NCBI GenBank assembly: GCA_964057225.1
Contig: OZ059894.1
Span: 1,426,001 to 1,490,000 of the forward strand
Direction of reading: 5' to 3'
Source: Auanema rhodensis
Taxonomy: Eukaryota > Animalia > Nematoda
DNA: 64,000 nt
Shown: in pieces, positions 1-12,636 of the stretch
Layout of the letters: each line of letters starts with the position of its first letter
How positions within the stretch are numbered: the stretch's first letter is position 1
Position numbers and translations under genes: made by a program
The notes under the pieces: generated by a model
Seen by the model: the letters and a program-made list of their open reading frames with translations, nothing else
Databases searched by the model: none
Told to the model about the DNA's origin: nothing

Positions 1-16
1 AAATGATGCATTAGTG

Positions 17-46
17 TATGTTGAGTTTCCATGTACACTCAACATA
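17..46. repeat. Inverted repeat 1 of each monomer: 10-bp arms, 10-bp spacer
   Basis: TATGTTGAGT (17-26) - TTCCATGTAC - ACTCAACATA (37-46); the arms are exact reverse complements. Confidence 0.95.
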
Positions 47-58
47 GCTTCCAAAAAC

Positions 59-93
59 ATTTTGACAAAAATTTTTTCGAAAAATTTCAAAAT
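59..93. repeat. AT-rich imperfect palindrome / A-tract cluster in each monomer
   Basis: ATTTTGA (59-65) pairs with TCAAAAT (87-93). It contains the perfect palindromes AAAAATTTTT (67-76) and TTTTTCGAAAAA (73-84). Confidence 0.85.
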
Positions 94-195
94 AATTTAG
101 CAGAAAGTAGATGTTTTTAGATTCCTTTTTTTAAGGCAAAGACGATGGACAATGTTATTCAACGAAAAAATTAATTCTTCAGGGTGAAAATCGAG

Positions 196-226
196 GATAT
201 AAGTGTGAACTTATATCAGTTGATAT
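196..226. repeat. Inverted repeat 2 (9-bp arms, GTGA loop) overlapping a second dyad (6-bp arms, 2-bp spacer)
   Basis: GATATAAGT (196-204) - GTGA - ACTTATATC (209-217); ATATCA (213-218) - GT - TGATAT (221-226). Confidence 0.93.
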
Positions 227-3200
227 CTCGGTGCATTTTTAAGCTAGCGCAAATCTGATAACACAGATCGACGCAGCTTGAAAATCCGCATCGAATGCAC
301 TATACTACTTTGAGAAACGCTTAATACAAAAATTAGTTATGATCGTTTGAAAAATGATGCATTAGTGTATGTTGAGTTTCCATGTACACTCAACATAGCT
401 TCCAAAAACATTTTGACAAAATTTTTTTCAAAAAATTTCAAAATAATTTAGCAGAAAGTAGATGTTTTTAGATTCCTTTTTTTAAGGCAAAGACGATGGA
501 CAATGTTATTCAACGAAAAAATTAATTCTTCAGGGTGAAAATCGAGGATATAAGTGTGAACTTATATCAGTTGATATCTCGTTGCATTTTTAAGCTAGCG
601 CAAATCTGATAACACAGATCGACGCAGCTTGAAGATACGCATCGAATGCACTATACTACTTTGAGAAACGCTTAATACAAAAATTAGTTATGATCGTTTG
701 AAAAATGATGCATTAGTGTATGTTGAGTTTCCATGTACACTCAACATAGCTTCCAAAAACATTTTGACAAAAATTTTTTCGAAAAATTTCAGAATAATTT
801 AGCAAAAAGTAGATGTTTTTAGATTTCTTTTCTCAAGGCAAAGACGATGGACAATGTTATTCAACGAAAAAATTAATTCTTCAGGGTGAAAATCGAGGAT
901 ATAAGTGTGAACTTATATCAGTTGATATCTCGGTGCATTTTTAAGCTAGCGCAAATCTGATAACACAGATCGACGCAGCTTGAAAATCCGCATCGAATGC
1001 ACTATACTACTTTGAGAAACGCTTAATACAAAAATTAGTTATGATCGTTTGAAAAATGATGCATTAGTGTATGTTGAGTTTCCATGTACACTCAACATTG
1101 CTTCCAAAAAAATTTTGACAAAAATTTTTTCGAAAAATTTCAAATTAATTTAGCAGAAAGTATATGTTTTTAGATTTCTTTTTTCAAGGCAAAGACGATG
1201 GACAATGTTATTCAACGAAAAAATTAATTCTTCAGGGTGAAAATCGAGGATATAAGTGTGAATTTATATCAGTTGATATCTCGGTGCATTTTTAAGCTAG
1301 CGCAAATCTGATAACACAGATCGACGCAGCTTGAAAATCCGCATTGAATGCACTATACTACATTGAGGAACGCTTAATACAAAAATTAGTTATGATCGTT
1401 TGAAAAATGATGCATTAGTGTATGTTGAGTTTCCATGTACACTCAACATAGCTTCCAAAAACATTTTGACAAAAATTTTTTCGAAAAATTTCAAAATAAT
1501 TTAGCAGAAAGTAGATGTTTTTAGATTCCTTTTTTTAAGGCAAAGACGATGGACAATGTTATTCAACGAAAAAATTAATTCTTCAGGGTGAAAATCGAGG
1601 ATATAAGTGTGAACTTATATCAGTTGATATCTCGTTGCATTTTTAAGCTAGCGCAAATCTGATAACACAGATCGACGCAGCTTGAAAATACGCATCGAAT
1701 GCACTATACTACTTTGAGAAACGCTTAATACAAAAATTAGTTATGATCGTTTGAAAAATGATGCATTAGTGTATGTTGAGTTTCCATGTACACTCAACAT
1801 AGCTTCCAAAAACATTTTGACAAAAATTTTTTCGAAAAATTTCAGAATAATTTAGCAAAAAGTAGATGTTTTTAGATTTCTTTTCTCAAGGCAAAGACGA
1901 TGGACAATGTTATTCAACGAAAAAATTAATTCTTCAGGGTGAAAATCGAGGATATAAGTGTGAACTTATATCAGTTGATATCTCGGTGCATTTTTAAGCT
2001 AGCGCAAATCTGATAACACAGATCGACGCAGCTTGAAAATCCGCATCGAATGCACTATACTACTTTGAGAAACGCTTAATACAAAAATTAGTTATGATCG
2101 TTTGAAAAATGATGCATTAGTGTATGTTGAGTTTCCATGTACACTCAACATTGCTTCCAAAAAAATTTTGACAAAAATTTTTTCGAAAAATTTCAAATTA
2201 ATTTAGCAGAAAGTATATGTTTTTAGATTTCTTTTTTCAAGGCAAAGACGATGGACAATGTTATTCAACGAAAAAATTAATTCTTCAGGGTGAAAATCGA
2301 GGATATAAGTGTGAATTTATATCAGTTGATATCTCGGTGCATTTTTAAGCTAGCGCAAATCTGATAACACAGATCGACGCAGCTTGAAAATCCGCATTGA
2401 ATGCACTATACTACATTGAGGAACGCTTAATACAAAAATTAGTTATGATCGTTTGAAAAATGATGCATTAGTGTATGTTGAGTTTCCATGTACACTCAAC
2501 ATAGCTTCCAAAAACATTTTGACAAAAATTTTTTCGAAAAATTTCAAAATAATTTAGCAGAAAGTAGATGTTTTTAGATTCCTTTTTTTAAGGCAAAGAC
2601 GATGGACAATGTTATTCAACGAAAAAATTAATTCTTCAGGGTGAAAATCGAGGATATAAGTGTGAACTTATATCAGTTGATATCTCGGTGCATTTTTAAG
2701 CTAGCGCAAATCTGATAACACAGATCGACGCAGCTTGAAAATCCGCATCGAATGCACTATACTACTTTGAGAAACGCTTAATACAAAAATTAGTTATGAT
2801 CGTTTGAAAAATGATGCATTAGTGTATGTTGAGTTTCCATGTACACTCAACATAGCTTCCAAAAACATTTTGACAAAATTTTTTTCAAAAAATTTCAAAA
2901 TAATTTAGCAGAAAGTAGATGTTTTTAGATTCCTTTTTTTAAGGCAAAGACGATGGACAATGTTATTCAACGAAAAAATTAATTCTTCAGGGTGAAAATC
3001 GAGGATATAAGTGTGAACTTATATCAGTTGATATCTCGTTGCATTTTTAAGCTAGCGCAAATCTGATAACACAGATCGACGCAGCTTGAAGATACGCATC
3101 GAATGCACTATACTACTTTGAGAAACGCTTAATACAAAAATTAGTTATGATCGTTTGAAAAATGATGCATTAGTGTATGTTGAGTTTCCATGTACACTCA

Positions 3201-6200
3201 ACATAGCTTCCAAAAACATTTTGACAAAAATTTTTTCGAAAAATTTCAGAATAATTTAGCAAAAAGTAGATGTTTTTAGATTTCTTTTCTCAAGGCAAAG
3301 ACGATGGACAATGTTATTCAACGAAAAAATTAATTCTTCAGGGTGAAAATCGAGGATATAAGTGTGAACTTATATCAGTTGATATCTCGGTGCATTTTTA
3401 AGCTAGCGCAAATCTGATAACACAGATCGACGCAGCTTGAAAATCCGCATCGAATGCACTATACTACTTTGAGAAACGCTTAATACAAAAATTAGTTATG
3501 ATCGTTTGAAAAATGATGCATTAGTGTATGTTGAGTTTCCATGTACACTCAACATTGCTTCCAAAAAAATTTTGACAAAAATTTTTTCGAAAAATTTCAA
3601 ATTAATTTAGCAGAAAGTATATGTTTTTAGATTTCTTTTTTCAAGGCAAAGACGATGGACAATGTTATTCAACGAAAAAATTAATTCTTCAGGGTGAAAA
3701 TCGAGGATATAAGTGTGAATTTATATCAGTTGATATCTCGGTGCATTTTTAAGCTAGCGCAAATCTGATAACACAGATCGACGCAGCTTGAAAATCCGCA
3801 TTGAATGCACTATACTACATTGAGGAACGCTTAATACAAAAATTAGTTATGATCGTTTGAAAAATGATGCATTAGTGTATGTTGAGTTTCCATGTACACT
3901 CAACATAGCTTCCAAAAACATTTTGACAAAAATTTTTTCGAAAAATTTCAAAATAATTTAGCAGAAAGTAGATGTTTTTAGATTCCTTTTTTTAAGGCAA
4001 AGACGATGGACAATGTTATTCAACGAAAAAATTAATTCTTCAGGGTGAAAATCGAGGATATAAGTGTGAACTTATATCAGTTGATATCTCGGTGCATTTT
4101 TAAGCTAGCGCAAATCTGATAACACAGATCGACGCAGCTTGAAAATCCGCATCGAATGCATTATACTACTTTGAGAAACGCTTAATACAAAAATTAGTTA
4201 TGATCGTTTGAAAAATGATGCATTAGTGTATGTTGAGTTTCCATGTACACTCAACATAGCTTCCAAAAACATTTTGACAAAAATTTTTTCGAAAAATTTC
4301 AAAATAATTTAGCAGAAAGTAGATGTTTTTAGATTCCTTTTTTTAAGGCAAAGACGATGGACAATGTTATTTAACGAAAAAATTAATTCTTCAGGGTGAA
4401 AATCGAGGATATAAGTGTGAACTTATATCAGTTGATATCTCGTTGCATTTTTAAGCTAGCGCAAATCTGATAACACAGATCGACGCAGCTTGAAGATACG
4501 CATCGAATGCACTATACTACTTTGAGAAACGCTTAATACAAAAATTAGTTATGATCGTTTGAAAAATGATGCATTAGTGTATGTTGAGTTTCCATGTACA
4601 CTCAACATAGCTTCCAAAAACATTTTGACAAAAATTTTTTCGAAAAATTTCAGAATAATTTAGCAAAAAGTAGATGTTTTTAGATTTCTTTTCTCAAGGC
4701 AAAGACGATGGACAATGTTATTCAACGAAAAAATTAATTCTTCAGGGTGAAAATCGAGGATATAAGTGTGAACTTATATCAGTTGATATCTCGGTGCATT
4801 TTTAAGCTAGCGCAAATCTGATAACACAGATCGACGCAGCTTGAAAATCCGCATCGAATGCACTATACTACTTTGAGAAACGCTTAATACAAAAATTAGT
4901 TATGATCGTTTGAAAAATGATGCATTAGTGTATGTTGAGTTTCCATGTACACTCAACATTGCTTCCAAAAAAATTTTGACAAAAATTTTTTCGAAAAATT
5001 TCAAATTAATTTAGCAGAAAGTATATGTTTTTAGATTTCTTTTTTCAAGGCAAAGACGATGGACAATGTTATTCAACGAAAAAATTAATTCTTCAGGGTG
5101 AAAATCGAGGATATAAGTGTGAATTTATATCAGTTGATATCTCGGTGCATTTTTAAGCTAGCGCAAATCTGATAACACAGATCGACGCAGCTTGAAAATC
5201 CGCATTGAATGCACTATACTACATTGAGGAACGCTTAATACAAAAATTAGTTATGATCGTTTGAAAAATGATGCATTAGTGTATGTTGAGTTTCCATGTA
5301 CACTCAACATAGCTTCCAAAAACATTTTGACAAAAATTTTTTCGAAAAATTTCAAAATAATTTAGCAGAAAGTAGATGTTTTTAGATTCCTTTTTTTAAG
5401 GCAAAGACGATGGACAATGTTATTCAACGAAAAAATTAATTCTTCAGGGTGAAAATCGAGAATATAAGTGTGAACTTATATCAGTTGATATCTCGGTGCA
5501 TTTTTAAGCTAGCGCAAATCTGATAACACAGATCGACGCAGCTTGAAAATCCGCATCGAATGCACTATACTACATTGAGGAACGCTTAATACAAAAATTA
5601 GTTATGATTGTTTGAAAAATGATGCATTAGTGTATGTTGAGTTTCCATGTACACTCAACATAGCTTCCAAAAACATTTTGACAAAAATTTTTTCGAAAAA
5701 TTTCAAAATAATTTAGCAGAAAGTAGATGTTTTTAGATTCCTTTTTTTAAGGCAAAGACGATGGACAATGTTATTCAACGAAAAAATTAATTCTTCAGGG
5801 TGAAAATCGAGGATATAAGTGTGAACTTATATCAGTTGATATCTCGGTGCATTTTTAAGCTAGCGCAAATCTGATAACACAGATCGACGCAGCTTGAAAA
5901 TCCGCATCGAATGCACTATACTACTTTGAGAAACGCTTAATACAAAAATTAGTTATGATCGTTTGAAAAATGATGCATTAGTGTATGTTGAGTTTCCATG
6001 TACACTCAACATAGCTTCCAAAAACATTTTGACAAAATTTTTTTCGAAAAATTTCAAAATAATTTAGCAGAAAGTAGATGTTTTTAGATTCCTTTTTTTG
6101 AGGCAAAGACGACGGACAATGTTATTCAACGAAAAAATTAATTCTTCAGGGTGAAAATCGAGGATATAAGTGTGAATTTATATCAGTTGATATCTCGGTG

Positions 6201-9126
6201 CATTTTTAAGCTAGCGCAAATCTGATAACACAGATCGACGCAGCTTAAAAATCCGCATCGAATGCACTATACTACTTTGAGAAACGCTTAATACAAAAAT
6301 TAGTTATGATCGTTTGAAAAATGATGCATTAGTGTATGTTGAGTTTCCATGTACACTCAACATAGCTTCCAAAAACATTTTGACAAAAATTTTTTCGAAA
6401 AATTTCAGAATAATTTAGCAAAAAGTAGATGTTTTTAGATTTCTTTTCTCAAGGCAAAGACGATGGACAATGTTATTCAACGAAAAAATTAATTCTTCAG
6501 GGTGAAAATCGAGGATATAAGTGTGAACTTATATCAGTTGATATCTCGGTGCATTTTTAAGCTAGCGCAAATCTGATAACACAGATCGACGCAGCTTGAA
6601 AATCCGCATTGAATGCACTATACTACATTGAGGAACGCTTAATACAAAAATTAGTTATGATCGTTTGAAAAATGATGCATTAGTGTATGTTGAGTTTCCA
6701 TGTACACTCAACATAGCTTCCAAAAACATTTTGACAAAAATTTTTTCGAAAAATTTCAAAATAATTTAGCAGAAAGTAGATGTTTTTAGATTCCTTTTTT
6801 TAAGGCAAAGACGATGGACAATGTTATTCAACGAAAAAATTAATTCTTCAGGGTGAAAATCGAGGATATAAGTGTGAACTTATATCAGTTGATATCTCGT
6901 TGCATTTTTAAGCTAGCGCAAATCTGATAACACAGATCGACGCAGCTTGAAGATACGCATCGAATGCACTATACTACTTTGAGAAACGCTTAATACAAAA
7001 ATTAGTTATGATCGTTTGAAAAATGATGCATTAGTGTATGTTGAGTTTCCATGTACACTCAACATAGCTTCCAAAAACATTTTGACAAAAATTTTTTCGA
7101 AAAATTTCAGAATAATTTAGCAAAAAGTAGATGTTTTTAGATTTCTTTTCTCAAGGCAAAGACGATGGACAATGTTATTCAACGAAAAAATTAATTCTTC
7201 AGGGTGAAAATCGAGGATATAAGTGTGAACTTATATCAGTTGATATCTCGGTGCATTTTTAAGCTAGCGCAAATCTGATAACACAGATCGACGCAGCTTG
7301 AAAATCCGCATCGAATGCATTATACTACTTTGAGAAACGCTTAATACAAAAATTAGTTATGATCGTTTGAAAAATGATGCATTAGTGTATGTTGAGTTTC
7401 CATGTACACTCAACATAGCTTCCAAAAACATTTTGACAAAAATTTTTTCGAAAAATTTCAAAATAATTTAGCAGAAAGTAGATGTTTTTAGATTCCTTTT
7501 TTTAAGGCAAAGACGATGGACAATGTTATTCAACGAAAAAATTAATTCTTCAGGGTGAAAATCGAGGATATAAGTGTGAACTTATATCAGTTGATATCTC
7601 GTTGCATTTTTAAGCTAGCGCAAATCTGATAACACAGATCGACGCAGCTTGAAGATACGCATCGAATGCACTATACTACTTTGAGAAACGCTTAATACAA
7701 AAATTAGTTATGATCGTTTGAAAAATGATGCATTAGTGTATGTTGAGTTTTCATGTACACTCAACATAGCTTCCAAAAACATTTTGACAAAAATTTTTTC
7801 GAAAAATTTCAGAATAATTTAGCAAAAAGTAGATGTTTTTAGATTTCTTTTCTCAAGGCAAAGACGATGGACAATGTTATTCAACGAAAAAATTAATTCT
7901 TCAGGGTGAAAATCGAGGATATAAGTGTGAACTTATATCAGTTGATATCTCGGTGCATTTTTAAGCTAGCGCAAATCTGATAACACAGATCGACGCAGCT
8001 TGAAAATCCGCATCGAATGCACTATACTACTTTGAGAAACGCTTAATACAAAAATTAGTTATGATCGTTTGAAAAATGATGCATTAGTGTATGTTGAGTT
8101 TCTATGTACACTCAACATTGCTTCCAAAAAAATTTTGACAAAAATTTTTTCGAAAAATTTCAAATTAATTTAGCAGAAAGTATATGTTTTTAGATTTCTT
8201 TTTTCAAGGCAAAGACGATGGACAATGTTATTCAACGAAAAAATTAATTCTTCAGGGTGAAAATCGAGGATATAAGTGTGAATTTATATCAGTTGATATC
8301 TCGGTGCATTTTTAAGCTAGCGCAAATCTGATAACACAGATCGACGCAGCTTGAAAATCCGCATTGAATGCACTATACTACATTGAGGAACGCTTAATAC
8401 AAAAATTAGTTATGATCGTTTGAAAAATGATGCATTAGTGTATGTTGAGTTTCCATGTACACTCAACATAGCTTCCAAAAACATTTTGACAAAAATTTTT
8501 TCGAAAAATTTCAAAATAATTTAGCAGAAAGTAGATGTTTTTAGATTCCTTTTTTTAAGGCAAAGACGATGGACAATGTTATTCAACGAAAAAATTAATT
8601 CTTCAGGGTGAAAATCGAGAATATAAGTGTGAACTTATATCAGTTGATATCTCGGTGCATTTTTAAGCTAGCGCAAATCTGATAACACAGATCGACGCAG
8701 CTTGAAAATCCGCATCGAATGCACTATACTACATTGAGGAACGCTTAATACAAAAATTAGTTATGATTGTTTGAAAAATGATGCATTAGTGTATGTTGAG
8801 TTTCCATGTACACTCAACATAGCTTCCAAAAACATTTTGACAAAAATTTTTTCGAAAAATTTCAAAATAATTTAGCAGAAAGTAGATGTTTTTAGATTCC
8901 TTTTTTTAAGGCAAAGACGATGGACAATGTTATTCAACGAAAAAATTAATTCTTCAGGGTGAAAATCGAGGATATAAGTGTGAACTTATATCAGTTGATA
9001 TCTCGGTGCATTTTTAAGCTAGCGCAAATCTGATAACACAGATCGACGCAGCTTGAAAATCCGCATCGAATGCACTATACTACTTTGAGAAACGCTTAAT
9101 ACAAAAATTAGTTATGATCGTTTGAA

Positions 9127-12100
9127 AAATGATGCATTAGTGTATGTTGAGTTTCCATGTACACTCAACATAGCTTCCAAAAACATTTTGACAAAATTTT
9201 TTTCGAAAAATTTCAAAATAATTTAGCAGAAAGTAGATGTTTTTAGATTCCTTTTTTTGAGGCAAAGACGACGGACAATGTTATTCAACGAAAAAATTAA
9301 TTCTTCAGGGTGAAAATCGAGGATATAAGTGTGAATTTATATCAGTTGATATCTCGGTGCATTTTTAAGCTAGCGCAAATCTGATAACACAGATCGACGC
9401 AGCTTAAAAATCCGCATCGAATGCACTATACTACATTGAGGAACGCTTAATACAAAAATTAGTTATGATCGTTTGAAAAATGATGCATTAGTGTATGTTG
9501 AGTTTCCATGTACACTCAACATAGCTTCCAAAAACATTTTGACAAAAATTTTTTCGAAAAATTTCAGAATAATTTAGCAAAAAGTAGATGTTTTTAGATT
9601 TCTTTTCTCAAGGCAAAGACGATGGACAATGTTATTCAACGAAAAAATTAATTCTTCAGGGTGAAAATCGAGGATATAAGTGTGAACTTATATCAGTTGA
9701 TATCTCGGTGTATTTTTAAGCTAGCGCAAATCTGATAACACAGATCGACGCAGCTTGAAAATCCGCATCGAATGCACTATACTACTTTGAGAAACGCTTA
9801 ATACAAAAATTAGTTATGATCGTTTGAAAAATGATGCATTAGTGTATGTTGAGTTTCCATGTACACTCAACATTGCTTCCAAAAACATTTTGACAAAAAT
9901 TTTTTCGAAAAATTTCAAATTAATTTAGCAGAAAGTATATGTTTTTAGATTCCTTTTTTCAAGGCAAAGACGATGGACAATGTTATTCAACGAAAAAATT
10001 AATTCTTCAGGGTGAAAATCGAGGATATAAGTGTGAATTTATATCAGTTGATATCTCGGTGCATTTTTAAGCTAGCGCAAATCTGATAACACAGATCGAC
10101 GCAGCTTAAAAATCCGCATCGAATGCACTATACTACATTGAGGAACGCTTAATACAAAAATTAGTTATGATCGTTTGAAAAATGATGCATTAGTGTATGT
10201 TGAGTTTCCATGTACACTCAACATAGCTTCCAAAAACATTTTGACAAAAATTTTTTCGAAAAATTTCAGAATAATTTAGCAAAAAGTAGATGTTTTTAGA
10301 TTTCTTTTCTCAAGGCAAAGACGATGGACAATGTTATTCAACGAAAAAATTAATTCTTCAGGGTGAAAATCGAGGATATAAGTGTGAACTTATATCAGTT
10401 GATATCTCGGTGCATTTTTAAGCTAGCGCAAATCTGATAACACAGATCGACGCAGCTTGAAAATCCGCATCGAATGCACTATACTACTTTGAGAAACGCT
10501 TAATACAAAAATCAGTTATGATCGTTTGAAAAATGATGCATTAGTGTATGTTGAGTTTCCATGTACACTCAACATTGCTTCCAAAAACATTTTGACAAAA
10601 ATTTTTTCGAAAAATTTCAAAATAATTTAGCAAAAAGTAGATGTTTTTAGATTCCTTTTTTCAAGGCGAAGACGATGGACATTGTTATTCAACGAAAAAA
10701 TTAATTCTTCAGGGTGAAAATCGAGGATATAAGTGTGAACTTATATCAGTTGATATCTCGGTGCATTTTTAAGCTAGCGCAAATCTGATAACACAGATCG
10801 ACGCAGCTTGAAAATCCGCATCGAATGCACTATACTACTTTGAGAAACGCTTAATACAAAAATTAGTTATGATCGTTTGAAAAATGATGCATTAGTGTAT
10901 GTTGAGTTTCCATGTACACTCAACATAGCTTCCAAAAACATTTTGACAAAATTTTTTTCGAAAAATTTCAAAATAATTTAGCAGAAAGTAGATGTTTTTA
11001 GATTCCTTTTTTTGAGGCAAAGACGACGGACAATGTTATTCAACGAAAAAATTAATTCTTCAGGGTGAAAATCGAGGATATAAGTGTGAATTTATATCAG
11101 TTGATATCTCGGTGCATTTTTAAGCTAGCGCAAATCTGATAACACAGATCGACGCAGCTTAAAAATCCGCATCGAATGCACTATACTACATTGAGGAACG
11201 CTTAATACAAAAATTAGTTATGATCGTTTGAAAAATGATGCATTAGTGTATGTTGAGTTTCCATGTACACTCAACATAGCTTCCAAAAACATTTTGACAA
11301 AAATTTTTTCGAAAAATTTCAGAATAATTTAGCAAAAAGTAGATGTTTTTAGATTTCTTTTCTCAAGGCAAAGACGATGGACAATGTTATTCAACGAAAA
11401 AATTAATTCTTCAGGGTGAAAATCGAGGATATAAGTGTGAACTTATATCAGTTGATATCTCGGTGTATTTTTAAGCTAGCGCAAATCTGATAACACAGAT
11501 CGACGCAGCTTGAAAATCCGCATCGAATGCACTATACTACTTTGAGAAACGCTTAATACAAAAATTAGTTATGATCGTTTGAAAAATGATGCATTAGTGT
11601 ATGTTGAGTTTCCATGTACACTCAACATTGCTTCCAAAAACATTTTGACAAAAATTTTTTCGAAAAATTTCAAATTAATTTAGCAGAAAGTATATGTTTT
11701 TAGATTCCTTTTTTCAAGGCAAAGACGATGGACAATGTTATTCAACGAAAAAATTAATTCTTCAGGGTGAAAATCGAGGATATAAGTGTGAATTTATATC
11801 AGTTGATATCTCGGTGCATTTTTAAGCTAGCGCAAATCTGATAACACAGATCGACGCAGCTTAAAAATCCGCATCGAATGCACTATACTACATTGAGGAA
11901 CGCTTAATACAAAAATTAGTTATGATCGTTTGAAAAATGATGCATTAGTGTATGTTGAGTTTCCATGTACACTCAACATAGCTTCCAAAAACATTTTGAC
12001 AAAAATTTTTTCGAAAAATTTCAGAATAATTTAGCAAAAAGTAGATGTTTTTAGATTTCTTTTCTCAAGGCAAAGACGATGGACAATGTTATTCAACGAA

Positions 12101-12636
12101 AAAATTAATTCTTCAGGGTGAAAATCGAGGATATAAGTGTGAACTTATATCAGTTGATATCTCGGTGCATTTTTAAGCTAGCGCAAATCTGATAACACAG
12201 ATCGACGCAGCTTGAAAATCCGCATCGAATGCACTATACTACTTTGAGAAACGCTTAATACAAAAATCAGTTATGATCGTTTGAAAAATGATGCATTAGT
12301 GTATGTTGAGTTTCCATGTACACTCAACATTGCTTCCAAAAACATTTTGACAAAAATTTTTTCGAAAAATTTCAAAATAATTTAGCAAAAAGTAGATGTT
12401 TTTAGATTCCTTTTTTCAAGGCGAAGACGATGGACATTGTTATTCAACGAAAAAATTAATTCTTCAGGGTGAAAATCGAGGATATAAGTGTGAACTTATA
12501 TCAGTTGATATCTCGGTGCATTTTTAAGCTAGCGCAAATCTGATAACACAGATCGACGCAGCTTGAAAATCCGCATCGAATGCACTATACTACATTGAGA
12601 AACGCTTAATACAAAAATTAGTTATGATCGTTTGAA
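9127..12636 (+). repeat. 5-mer higher-order repeat x2 (1755-bp unit)
   Basis: Markers TTTGAGGC+GACGACGG, GGTGTATT, CTTAAAAA, AATCAG and GGCGAAG+GACATTG each recur at 1755-bp spacing. Confidence 0.85.

Larger units (their letters stand above)
1..351 (+). repeat. Reference (consensus-like, type A) monomer. It carries single NsiI (6-11), BsrGI (32-37), BstBI (76-81), EcoRV (222-227) and NheI (243-248) sites.
   Basis: Read directly from the sequence. Hand count G=59, C=52 of 351 (31.6% GC). The monomer start is arbitrary, set by the window start. Confidence 0.95.
1..3861 (+). repeat. 7-mer higher-order repeat (A-B-C-D-B'-C-D, 2457 bp), ~1.6 units
   Basis: Diagnostic variants: B = CTCGTT + GAAGATACG (B' = GAAAATACG); C = CAGAAT/GCAAAAAG/TTTCTCAAGG; D = CATTG/CAAATT/GTATATG/GAATTT/GCATTG/TACATTGAGG. 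Observed order is ABCDB'CDABCD. Confidence 0.85.

Noticed and set aside
62-98. Bacterial sigma70-like promoter (TTGACA at 62-67 followed by AATAAT at 91-96)
   Set aside because: The spacing (23 bp) is wrong, no gene follows, and the context is a eukaryote-type satellite; a chance match in AT-rich DNA.
31-120. Small ORF MYTQHSFQKHFDKNFFEKFQNNLAESRCF (29 aa) repeated in each monomer
   Set aside because: The length is expected by chance, there is no recognisable motif, and the composition simply reflects A/T tracts.
1-351. Tandem 5S rRNA, tRNA, snRNA or spliced-leader gene array
   Set aside because: I could not recognise 5S, a tRNA cloverleaf, Pol III A/B boxes or an SL leader sequence. An Rfam/Infernal search would settle it.
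1-351. Assignment to a named satellite (Drosophila 359-bp/1.688 family, Tribolium ~350-360-bp satellites, alpha satellite or a CENP-B box)
   Set aside because: Only length and AT content are similar. I cannot recognise a sequence match, and there is no canonical CENP-B box.
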